From NCBI GenBank assembly GCA_963811075.1, contig CAWEPY010000011.1, positions 15,393-79,392 on the forward strand: 64,000 bases of DNA. The letters are read 5' to 3'. Below the pieces are notes generated by a model. The model saw only the letters and a list, made by a program, of their open reading frames with translations. It made no database searches and was not told where the DNA came from. The stretch comes from an uncultured delta proteobacterium. Its GTDB lineage: Bacteria; Desulfobacterota; Desulfomonilia; Desulfomonilales; Desulfomonilaceae. Shown piece after piece: positions 51,618 to 60,496 of this stretch. Every line of letters begins with the position of its first letter. The first letter of the stretch is position 1. Both the position numbers and the translations under genes were made by a program.

Positions 51618-51733
51618 TTATTTTTCCCTCACCTCGTTGCCTCCCAGATTCTATTTAATATATACTTGCCGCAATTTCCACCGGACTTGACTTTGAGTCA
51701 TGATCCACATCCTATCGTCTGGGAGAAACGGTT

Positions 51734-52201
51734 TTGCTTGATCTTCAAGTGCTTATTCTAACTCTTATGCCGCTTTTCTCAGGCGTGACGCCGATGGAGA
51801 CTCCGGCTGTTCCTTCGTCGATGGGCCTGGTGGGGGTCTCGGAGAGTGTTAGCGCTGATTTCATGATAGGGAAATGGAAGTGGCTTGACCAGTTTTCCAA
51901 GTGGGGTCTCACAGATAAGGAGAAATCACGGGTAACAACTTCGGAAAAACAGCCCGCCGCCCTGGAAATCAATTCAGATGGAACTTACACAATGACCAAC
52001 CTTTTTCGGCCTGTCAAAGGAAGATGGGAAATATCGGAAAAGGGGTTGATCATTTATGATCCCGTATTCCCTGAGAGGGGAACCCAGTTGATTCCTGTCA
52101 GAAAGAGAGATGAGAACCGGATATGGTTACTGCTGCCATTCTCTGGCGGTTCAATAGGAATAGGAATGATTCGGGAAGGACAGCCTGCAAGGACTAATTG
52201 A
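51734..52201 (+). CDS. Hypothetical protein, lipocalin-like
   Basis: 155 aa. TTG start with a GGGAGA SD. The IGKWKW motif is like that of the 30616 gene. Confidence 0.5.
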   Translation: MLDLQVLILTLMPLFSGVTPMETPAVPSSMGLVGVSESVSADFMIGKWKWLDQFSKWGLTDKEKSRVTTSEKQPAALEINSDGTYTMTNLFRPVKGRWEISEKGLIIYDPVFPERGTQLIPVRKRDENRIWLLLPFSGGSIGIGMIREGQPARTN

Positions 52202-52256
52202 GAGTTCGTATTTGATCGCCAGAGAACTTTCGCTCGAAAGCCAAACAAAGGAGTCT

Positions 52257-52772
52257 CTATTCAGCCACTGGTGGATGGGGCGATGAGGCTTTGAACTGAG
52301 CGTCCTTTCGAATGATCCGCTCAAGCATGGCGCGGATTTCCAAGTCCCTGATATTATCAATTCCACGCGTTGAAACTTCAAGGGCCTTTTCGTCCAGTTG
52401 GACGGGTTTAACTTCCGGAGTCTCCTGGACCTGTAAATCCTTTCGGCTCATTCGGTTCCAGGAAGACTGGGTGAACTTAATGTCTCTGATCCTCGGAACA
52501 CCGGGTTCAAGTGTAGCATTGATCTTTTCTAGCAATGTAAACTTGTTGGCCGACAGTTCATTCATCCATACGGACGAGTCCACAACCACATAAAGTGTGT
52601 CGTCCACCAGCCTTTCGGCTTTTGCCCTTTTGGCGATAACCCTGTCTACTATTTTTGGCCATCGATTCACAATTGACTGGCGGGCAAGAGAAGAGCCGAG
52701 CCCCATTCTTCTCAGAGCTCCCATAAGGATTGATCCTGCCGGCGTCGGGAAAAACGAACTTTTGCGCTTCAT
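52257..52772 (-). CDS. DUF721 (DciA-like) domain-containing protein
   Basis: WPKIVDRVIAKRAKAERLVDDTLYVVVDSSVWMNEL matches the DUF721 core as I recall it. Confidence 0.7.
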   Translation of the reverse strand: MKRKSSFFPTPAGSILMGALRRMGLGSSLARQSIVNRWPKIVDRVIAKRAKAERLVDDTLYVVVDSSVWMNELSANKFTLLEKINATLEPGVPRIRDIKFTQSSWNRMSRKDLQVQETPEVKPVQLDEKALEVSTRGIDNIRDLEIRAMLERIIRKDAQFKASSPHPPVAE

Positions 52773-52834
52773 GACTTTATCAGCTCTTTTTGGGTCTGCC
52801 GGATATGCGGAGGGAAATCAGTAAAAATGTATCG

Positions 52835-53326
52835 CTAAATCTGCGCGCAGTCTGAAGGGTCACCCTGAATTTTTGATACAGCGTGCTCGAGAGCGGCAGC
52901 CACTGCTTCCAGATTTTCCACCGCAGCCTTAGGGCTTCCGGGAAGATTAATGATGAGGGACCGCCGCCTGACCCCCGCAATGCCGCGTGAAATTACTGCG
53001 TGCGGGGTTTTTCTAAGGCTGTGGGCCCTCATCGCTTCGGGTATACCGGGGACCAGTCGGGTTACAACCGCCTGGGTAGCTTCAGGTGTTACGTCTCTGG
53101 GGGCCAGTCCGGTCCCACCAGTAGTTAGGATGAGGTCGGCCGCGTCGCCGTCAGCCCACTGGATCAAACGTTCTTCAATACGCGCCTCTTCGTCCGGACA
53201 AACCGCGGTCTCGACAACCAGCCAGGAAAGGCGCCGAACCTTCTCTGCGAGCGCAGGTCCGGCCGCGTCAGGCCGTATTCCTTCGGACGAACGGTCACTA
53301 ACAGTTAACACCGCCACACGCAGCAT
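52835..53326 (-). CDS. MogA/MoaB family molybdenum cofactor biosynthesis protein (molybdopterin adenylyltransferase)
   Basis: VAVLTVSDR, LILTTGGTGLAPRDVTPEAT and INLPGSPKA motifs. ATG at 53326 with a GGAG SD. Confidence 0.88.
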   Translation of the reverse strand: MLRVAVLTVSDRSSEGIRPDAAGPALAEKVRRLSWLVVETAVCPDEEARIEERLIQWADGDAADLILTTGGTGLAPRDVTPEATQAVVTRLVPGIPEAMRAHSLRKTPHAVISRGIAGVRRRSLIINLPGSPKAAVENLEAVAAALEHAVSKIQGDPSDCAQI

Positions 53327-53714
53327 GTTCGATAACTCCAAGACCCGGTCGAGGCTCCTGCATTCCCCATGGGATGCCTCGCTCGAAGTCCTTGATCTGG
53401 ATGTCCATCGCTTCGAGTTCCTGTTTAAGAAAACTGGCGGCTTTCCAAGGATCTACCTTGGTGCCGCACGTAAAAATATCTACAGCCGCATAGCCGTATT
53501 CAGGCCATGAATGAATTGTTAGGTGTGATTCCGCTATGACGACGACGCCGGAAACCCCTTGAGGATTGAAGTTCTGAAACGCAGTCTTCAGCACTGTAGC
53601 GCCTGCTACTTCCGCTGCCTGCGCCATTATCCTCTCAAGGTAATCCATGTCGTCCAACTTCTGCCGATTACAAGAGCAAAGCTCGATCAAGAGATGAATC
53701 CCTAAAGCTTTCAT
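53298..53714 (-). CDS. speH: S-adenosylmethionine decarboxylase proenzyme (small SpeH type)
   Basis: MKALGIHLLIEL start, self-processing site VVIAESHLTIHSWPEYGYAAVDIFTCG. It overlaps mogA by 29 nt. Confidence 0.92.
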   Translation of the reverse strand: MKALGIHLLIELCSCNRQKLDDMDYLERIMAQAAEVAGATVLKTAFQNFNPQGVSGVVVIAESHLTIHSWPEYGYAAVDIFTCGTKVDPWKAASFLKQELEAMDIQIKDFERGIPWGMQEPRPGLGVIEHAACGGVNC

Positions 53715-54240
53715 CGTCATCCCCCGTACCGAGTGGACCAATCGCCTCTCGAAACTTTTACGGATGCAATAATACCGCCTCCGCTACACCCGGATCAAAA
53801 GAAACGGGTGAGAGGGCGCTTACACTTGAGTTTTCGGCCTCTGCCCACACCATGCGCCAGAGCGCGGCGAATCAAAAGCCGATTAAGAGGATCAGGGCTC
53901 CTCCAACCCAGTGCGGCTAGGACCTCAACCTTACGAGGAGCAGATCAAAGATCTCCTCGCTCAGGCGAATCCCTCCGTCATACAATTTATTTTTTATGAG
54001 AACAGGAGAAACACGACCCACGGACCCGGACGGGTAGGATAGTTTTCCAACTAAACGAGAATATTCTTTTTTCGTAGGAAAAGTCCAGTCCATTTGATCG
54101 TCCTTTTATGATCATAACGCATCATATATTAACCTAGGATTTATGCAGCGCAATGTCCATACTTGTCAAGCAAAAAACCGCCAAATAACAAATCTTTTTT
54201 CATGGAGTGATGTCTCCACAAAACTTCGCCTTGTCTCAAA

Positions 54241-55227
54241 TCATGCCTTAATGGCCTCTTCTTTCAAAACCGCCGGGGTCTTTTCTTTGGAGTCCTTTTT
54301 CCTGAGTCTCACATAACATCTTGGACATCTAGTTGAATAAGCCGAAACCTGATGTCGGCACTTCCAGCAGAACCTCGGACTGTCAGGATCAAGATTTGAC
54401 AGAAAAGCCCCACACCTTGAGCACGTCGCGTTGGATTGGGGCGCATATGCGTCGCAGTTCGGACAGATTATAAGGAGCGTCTCTCCCAAATCTTCATAGG
54501 GAAAAATCCGGTATAGTTTCCTGACTTGCGTTATAACGACAATCAGCAGGACCACCAGGAGCGGGACAAGATGGATCCTCGCCTTCGATGGAGCTAAGGC
54601 GACCAGAAAATTGTAAAGTCCGTGAAAAACGACTGAAAGCAAGAAACCTCTTAAAACGATCAAGACTTCGCCCGACGGAGCGAATCGGGCCATACCCAGC
54701 GAATAGCCCCACAAGGCGGCGAATAAAATATGGGCCGGGGTGGCGTAGAACAATCTTAGCCAAGCTGTGGCCGGCCCGAAACGAAGTATGTAAAGAGCAT
54801 TCTCAACCGCCACAAACCCAAGAGCAGCGGTAACAGCGTAAGTCAACCCATCCATGGGTGATCGGAAATCGTACCGGCGGTAAGCGCCGACCCAAACCGC
54901 GAGCAACTTAAAGAATTCTTCAACTGGCGCAATCAGAAAAAAGCTTGAGAACATGGATTCCTGGAAGGTTTCCTTGTGAACGCTCGCGGCTAAAGCGTGC
55001 TCCAGAATGGCTGTGGGAATGGTGAAAATTGCGGCACAGACAAAAACGCGGAATATGCTTTCAGCCGATCTCTCCTCATGTTGGTTAATGATGAAGAAAT
55101 ACAGCAACCAGAGGATACCCGGCGCAACGCCTATTATAACGTAGAGGACTTCTATTATAACCAACCTCGTTTGACTTTCTTTGCGTGACCGTATATCACG
55201 GTTTTTGACGGTCGCCAAGATCGACAT
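54241..55227 (-). CDS. PrsW-family intramembrane glutamic endopeptidase with C-terminal zinc-ribbon motifs
   Basis: VEEFFK (EExxK), FVAVENALY and HGLYNF motifs. The tail has CPNCD...CSRCG and CWKCR...CPRC. The start is uncertain (55227 or 55275). Confidence 0.78.
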   Translation of the reverse strand: MSILATVKNRDIRSRKESQTRLVIIEVLYVIIGVAPGILWLLYFFIINQHEERSAESIFRVFVCAAIFTIPTAILEHALAASVHKETFQESMFSSFFLIAPVEEFFKLLAVWVGAYRRYDFRSPMDGLTYAVTAALGFVAVENALYILRFGPATAWLRLFYATPAHILFAALWGYSLGMARFAPSGEVLIVLRGFLLSVVFHGLYNFLVALAPSKARIHLVPLLVVLLIVVITQVRKLYRIFPYEDLGETLLIICPNCDAYAPQSNATCSRCGAFLSNLDPDSPRFCWKCRHQVSAYSTRCPRCYVRLRKKDSKEKTPAVLKEEAIKA

Positions 55228-55246
55228 CAATAAATGGAGATCCGGA

Positions 55247-56264
55247 GTGGTTTCATATTCTACGCAGATTGACAAAGCTCACGATGAAGCCGGCGAACTC
55301 GTAAGGGTAGACAACATTGTAAAGAGTTTTCGAGTGGAGCGGTCCTTTTTCCGAGGCAGAGGCCTAAAGCTGCGTGCGGTTGACGGAGTGGATCTAAGTA
55401 TTTTCAAGGGGGAGACACTGGGACTGGTAGGCGAATCAGGCTGCGGTAAAACCACCCTCGGGAGACTCATACTCAAGCTGGAGGCCGCCGATTCCGGTAA
55501 AGTGTGGTTTGAGGGCCGGGACATATCGCGGATCGGTTTTGAAGACATGCAGAGTCTGAGAAGAAAAATGCAGATTATATTTCAGGACCCGTACTCGTCT
55601 CTCAATCCTCGTCGAACTGTGAAGAGCGCCATCATGGAACCACTTATAATTCACAGAATTGGATCGAGGGCTGACAGGGCCGATAGGGTCAGGGAACTTA
55701 TGCGTGAAGTTGGCTTAAGACCGGAATTCGCCGAAAGGTATCCTCATGAATTTTCAGGAGGCCAGCGACAAAGAATCGGAATAGCCAGGGCCCTCGCTCT
55801 AAATCCCAGCCTCATCATCGCTGACGAACCAGTTTCGGCTCTCGATGTCTCGATCCGCTCGCAGGTCCTTAATTTAATGGAGGATTTACAGGAAAAATAC
55901 AACCTGACTTATCTGTTCGTGTCCCACGACCTTTCTGTGGTCGAGCACATTTCAGATCGTGTGGCCGTTATGTATCTGGGAAAGATTGTGGAAACCGGTC
56001 CCAGGCGAGAAATATACAGAAACCCTTTACATCCTTACACTGAGGCTCTTTGGAGCGCTGCCCCAGGTACCGGACCCAACTATTAGACATCGAAGGATAA
56101 TACTCGAGGGGGATGTCCCAAGCCCTATTAATCCTCCAACTGGTTGTCGTTTTCACACTCGCTGCTGGCTTAAGATAAAAATGTGCTCTGAAATTGCTCC
56201 GGAGCTTAAAGACATGGGGGGCGGACACAGCGCCTCCTGCCACGTCAGGGCGCCTGGCCACTGA
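55247..56264 (+). pseudogene. Orphan oligopeptide/dipeptide ABC transporter ATP-binding protein (OppF/DppF-like) with a +1 frame break at the C4 run 56061-64
   Basis: Walker [10 protein letters not shown], signature [15 protein letters not shown], and Walker [12 protein letters not shown]. The C-terminal oligopeptide domain [12 protein letters not shown] then stops. The next frame continues [33 protein letters not shown]. No oppABCD genes are adjacent. Confidence 0.75.
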
Positions 56265-56761
56265 AAGCGCATCCGATGAGGCGGCCATGCGCACATTCAT
56301 CAAGGTATGTCATGGATTTATTTGACTAAATTGTCGGGACGCTGTGGGGCGCTGATGACAGGATTGGATATTTCCTGGGGTGGCAAAAGTCTCTGTAATT
56401 CAGAGCGCTTCTGAGAGTTCAGAAGAGAATTTATCAACAGGTGTTTATAAGTATGCATGCCGTAATTAAGGATGTCCCAGGTATCTCATAGATTACAGCA
56501 TGTTATAATTTCTGTTGATTTCATTAGATATTTTTGGCGCCCACAAATGGCGCACTATGTGTACGGCACTGAAGAACACTTGGGTTTCTAAATTTATCAA
56601 CAGGATTACTCAGGAGTTATCCACAGGTTCTGTGGACACGTTTGAGCAGGTCAATGGTATTACTTGCAAAACGCTTCGAAATGTGGTCTTGATAACTACC
56701 ATCCATTTGCAGCTAATCGGCTGCAGCATTTACAAATTGAATAAGATTTACAGAGGCATAA

Positions 56762-58201
56762 ATGCCGTTCATCAAGGAATGGATTCTTTCAATAAGCTTC
56801 ATTAACCTTATCGACATAGGGTTTATCGCGTTTCTGATGTACTTTGTGGCGATCTGGTTCAAGGGAAGCAGATCATTCCAGATACTGGTTACGCTCATTG
56901 GCACCGGTATTTTCTATTTTCTGGCCAGCAAGCTAGGCCTGATTCTCACTTCGATTCTCCTCCAATATATCTGGGCGGCTATAATAATAGTCCTGGTAAT
57001 AGTGTTTCAGCCTGAAATCCGTCAGATGCTAGACAGGGCGTCACCTATAAGGCACTGGAAGAATCGGCAGTATCAAAGCGTCGACTCGGGGGTGGTAGAG
57101 GAAGTGGTCAACGCCGTAACAGAACTCGCAAGGCAAAAGACAGGCGCTCTGATAGTTTTCCAGAGACTGGACGCGCTAGACAACCTTATCGTCAAGGGAA
57201 AGGATTTGGACAGCGCTTTGTCGGCCGAATTGCTCCAGGCTATTTTCCAGAAAAACTCACCCCTTCATGACGGCGCAGCGCTGGTCTATCATGATAGGCT
57301 CAAGGCTGCGTCCTGTATCCTGCCGCTCTCACGTGACGAAGACCTCAGTTCAAAGTTCGGGACTCGCCACAGGGCCGCCATAGGCATTTCTGAACGCTCT
57401 GACGCCGTCTGCGTGGTAATTTCGGAAGAAAGAGGTGATGTTTCATTGGTCGATGGCTCGGAGATCACGCTCTTCAAGCGCCGCAGTGACTTTAGGCAGG
57501 CCCTTGAAAAGAGTCTGGCCAATCATCGCTTCTCGGGAGATCAAGAATCTCCTCGAAGCTTGGCGTCCCGATTCACGTCAAATTGGCGGCTCAAGCTCCT
57601 GGCACTAGGCACCTCCGTCTTTCTGTGGTTCCTTATAGTAGGGCCGCAACGATCAGAGATCGGGATATCAGTGCCGATTCAGTACACGAACTTGCCATCG
57701 TCCACCGAGATAGTAGGGCCATGGATGGATAGAATTGATGTAAGAATCAAGGGTTCGGCGTCAGGCCTCGAAAATCTGAATCCTGGTTCTGTCAGGGCTG
57801 TTGTTGATCTGAGCAGAGTCATACCCGGGCTAAATTTTTTTAGACTCACATCCAATAATCTTCAGGTTCCTCCGGGGATCACCATCTCCCAGATTAGGCC
57901 GTCAGACCTCCAACTGAATATAGAAGCGGCGTCAGTTAAGGTTTTCAAGGTTGTCCCGACTATAGTGGGGGCTCTTCCGGACAATACCAAGATTGGTGTG
58001 ACTCCTGCAGAAGTTAAGATCAGGGCTTCTCAGGGCGACTTAAAGAGGCTACAGTCGGTCACTACAGATCCTGTCAACGTCTCGGAACTGGCGTTGCGTC
58101 AGCAGATAAGAATGCCAGTGGTCGTAAAACCCGATGGGCTTAGAATCGATTCCATCGATCCAGTCCACGTCACAGTGATATTCGAAACGGAAAAGAATTG
58201 A
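56762..58201 (+). CDS. cdaA: Diadenylate cyclase CdaA fused in frame to a YbbR-domain (CdaR-like) module
   Basis: Three N-terminal TM helices. DAC domain with GALIVFQR, SPLHDGAALV, GTRHRAAIGISERSDAVCVVISEERGDVSL. Then a fourth TM (NWRLKLLALGTSVFLWFLIV) and YbbR-like repeats (VPIQYTNLP...VRIKGS; VVPTIVGALP...VKIRAS). Confidence 0.8.
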   Translation: MPFIKEWILSISFINLIDIGFIAFLMYFVAIWFKGSRSFQILVTLIGTGIFYFLASKLGLILTSILLQYIWAAIIIVLVIVFQPEIRQMLDRASPIRHWKNRQYQSVDSGVVEEVVNAVTELARQKTGALIVFQRLDALDNLIVKGKDLDSALSAELLQAIFQKNSPLHDGAALVYHDRLKAASCILPLSRDEDLSSKFGTRHRAAIGISERSDAVCVVISEERGDVSLVDGSEITLFKRRSDFRQALEKSLANHRFSGDQESPRSLASRFTSNWRLKLLALGTSVFLWFLIVGPQRSEIGISVPIQYTNLPSSTEIVGPWMDRIDVRIKGSASGLENLNPGSVRAVVDLSRVIPGLNFFRLTSNNLQVPPGITISQIRPSDLQLNIEAASVKVFKVVPTIVGALPDNTKIGVTPAEVKIRASQGDLKRLQSVTTDPVNVSELALRQQIRMPVVVKPDGLRIDSIDPVHVTVIFETEKN

Positions 58202-59682
58202 CAAGTTCTCTCCCGCAATCCTTGAATTACAGCCCAGACTTGATTCACTCTTTAAATGCCCTGGTTTCCGCCGTTGTGGAATCACTCGATGTCTTTACTG
58301 TAGCGGTCTACATGAGATCAAGCTCCGACAGATCATTTCGAGTAGTGTCGTACCGTACACTCAGCAAGCATTTCCTATCGGAATCAGTGGTATCATCCGA
58401 GAAATCACGCATATCAGCCCTGTTTGCAAAACCTTCGCTAAGCCACGAGACCCATGCCGCCGTTCCACTGCTTGTTCAGGAGATTTATTCAAAACCCGAA
58501 CCCGTCCTTGCCATGGTTGTGGCCCCCGTCTCAGATCATGCGGCTTTAGTCGTGGACACAACCGAGCTTCCGGCTTTCCAGCCTGGACATATCCGTTTTA
58601 TTAAGGAGATAGCCCGCGCCATAGAAGGCGTCCTGACAATGGTCAGATCTTCAGACGGGCTTGACACTACAAGATCAGAGTTTGCCGCTCTGGCCGAGAT
58701 GGTCAATGATTACCGCCTTGCGTCAAGCATTTCAGAGTCATTCTTTGACGAACTCACATCGTCTCTTGTAAACAAGGGCCGGTTTGACGGAGCTCTTGTA
58801 GCCACAGTTTCGCTACCAAACATGTCTTGCCGTATAAGATCCGTCGCGGGATTTTCCAAGTCCCTCGGCAAGGGTCGCATAGTAAAGTTACGCCCCGGTT
58901 GGGCAAAATGGTCAATTGAGAATGTTCAATCGGTCATTATGGGAAGTCCCAAATCCGGCGAAGCGTTTGTTCCTATTTTTCATGTCGGCGAGGCGCTTGG
59001 TTTTCCGGTAAAGAGCGCCGTCGTAGTTCCCTGGACAAGAAGCGAGGGTGTAGACGGTTTCCTGTTGCTGGCGTCCAGCAAGGAGTATCCTCTTCTGGAC
59101 AAGGATCGTTTTATGTGGGAATTCATTGGGGCGATCCTGGCCATAGTTAGAAGAAATGTTGTAAATGAGAAACTGCTGAAGGCGGTTCGGCTCTACGACG
59201 GCGAATCCGGCCTCATGAATGAAAGTTTTTTCAGGTTCCAAACAGGAGCAAGATTCTCGCAACTTGCCTCAGAAAGAACGCCATGTCTTCTGATACTCGT
59301 CCAAATCGAGAATATTGACTCCATATATCTCGAACATGACATGACGCGGATGAAGAGGTTCCTTACGGTTTTTACCGAAAGACTTCTCAATCTTGACAAG
59401 CGCAAAACACTCGTGGGAAAGTTCAGGACCGGTGGGTTCGGTTCGTTCATTGAGAATGCGCCGATTGATGAGGCGACACATTTAATTCAAAGGGTCCTGG
59501 GCCTTTTCAGTTTGCAAACCACTCATGTTGATGGAGTGGAGATTGTCCATTCCGTAAAAGTTGGATGGTGTCACTATCCTAGCGAAAGTTCAGATTTCGA
59601 ACAGATGTGGAAAATCGCCCTCGCGAGGCTTTCAAAAAAGAGGCCATCCGTCGGAAATGTTCATGAGTGGGCCAATATTTAG
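58198..59682 (+). CDS. GAF-like domains plus a degenerate GGDEF domain protein
   Basis: The C-terminal ~170 aa follow the GGDEF fold, but the signature reads RTGGFGSF and the DxD-type metal site reads IENID. The TTG start overlaps the cdaA-cdaR stop (TTGA). Confidence 0.7.
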   Translation: MTSSLPQSLNYSPDLIHSLNALVSAVVESLDVFTVAVYMRSSSDRSFRVVSYRTLSKHFLSESVVSSEKSRISALFAKPSLSHETHAAVPLLVQEIYSKPEPVLAMVVAPVSDHAALVVDTTELPAFQPGHIRFIKEIARAIEGVLTMVRSSDGLDTTRSEFAALAEMVNDYRLASSISESFFDELTSSLVNKGRFDGALVATVSLPNMSCRIRSVAGFSKSLGKGRIVKLRPGWAKWSIENVQSVIMGSPKSGEAFVPIFHVGEALGFPVKSAVVVPWTRSEGVDGFLLLASSKEYPLLDKDRFMWEFIGAILAIVRRNVVNEKLLKAVRLYDGESGLMNESFFRFQTGARFSQLASERTPCLLILVQIENIDSIYLEHDMTRMKRFLTVFTERLLNLDKRKTLVGKFRTGGFGSFIENAPIDEATHLIQRVLGLFSLQTTHVDGVEIVHSVKVGWCHYPSESSDFEQMWKIALARLSKKRPSVGNVHEWANI

Positions 59683-59772
59683 GATTCAGTCTTGGTCGGA
59701 CAGGGACCGTGTTAGTCTTGAAATGGCCTGTTTAAACGCGTAAATCGTTTTTTGATTTAGAAAGGTTTCAGA

Positions 59773-60496
59773 ATGATCAGGATTGATGACCCTTGGAAAC
59801 AGCTTAGAAGCGAATGTTTTGGAAATGTAGAGCCGGAGGTTGTTCTAGAAGCCGTCACGGTACCCTTGGATAATTTGAACAAGCCTTCAGACTCAAGAGA
59901 CTTCTGGGACTCAATTGAAACCATGCCCGCATGGTCCGCCGCAGTCAGTTATGGCAGTCGGGAGAAAATGGCCCATGATCTGGAGAGGAGAAAGTCCCTG
60001 AACAGAAAACTTATTGATCTTGGCCATCTGACCCCACATTGAATCGCTACAGTTCAATTTCAGGGTCTCCGGAATCTCCAAGGCGTGTGGGGCTCAGATT
60101 TCAAGACACAGAATAGGACAGGGGCATGTCAGTTCGAGCCGGCGGTTCCAATCTCAGGGCGTCGCTTTTGTCTATCCCATCCTGAATTACATTACCGAGG
60201 AAAAGATTGTAAAAGAAACTTTGGACAAATTGAGCCAAAACAACAGGAGAGCTTACGAACTCTACGACGACCTGCGCAATTCCAGCAAGCTGCACAAAGA
60301 GGACGCAAGACGAGCCATCCCGGTGGCGTCGTCGCAGGAAAGGATCTGGTGGATAAACGCCAGGGCCTTGAGAGACTTTCTGCGCTTGAGGCTTCCCAGG
60401 GACGCCGAATGGGAAGTTCGCAGAATAGCGGTCATGCTCTACAATATTGTGATGGAAGTGACCCCATCCCTTTTTGAGGATGTCGCCCCCAAATAG
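59773..60496 (+). pseudogene. thyX: FAD-dependent thymidylate synthase ThyX with a +1 frame break in the C4 run 60032-35
   Basis: Frame A ends ...LIDLGHLTPH*. The next frame (my translation) continues IESLQFNFRVSGISKACGAQISRHRIGQGHVSSSRRF (ThyX motif RHR-X7-S) ... ARRAIPVASSQERIWWINARALRDFLRLRL...EVRRIA, running to 60496. Confidence 0.8.

Noticed and set aside
53733-53999. 88-aa plus-strand ORF in the speH leader.
   Set aside because: It is an Arg/Pro/Ser-rich shadow frame with no SD, running opposite to the flanking transcription. I also tried to read this region as RNase P RNA, tmRNA, SRP RNA, or a SAM or cobalamin riboswitch. I did not find their conserved cores (e.g. GGAAAGTCCGG, or the B12-box GCCACTG).
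56300-56760. Chromosomal replication origin (oriC).
   Set aside because: There are only 3-4 DnaA-box-like sites. I saw no clear 13-mer-type AT-rich unwinding repeats, no dnaA or dnaN nearby, and no obvious strand-bias switch in gene orientation. I keep it as a DnaA-box finding, not as an origin call.
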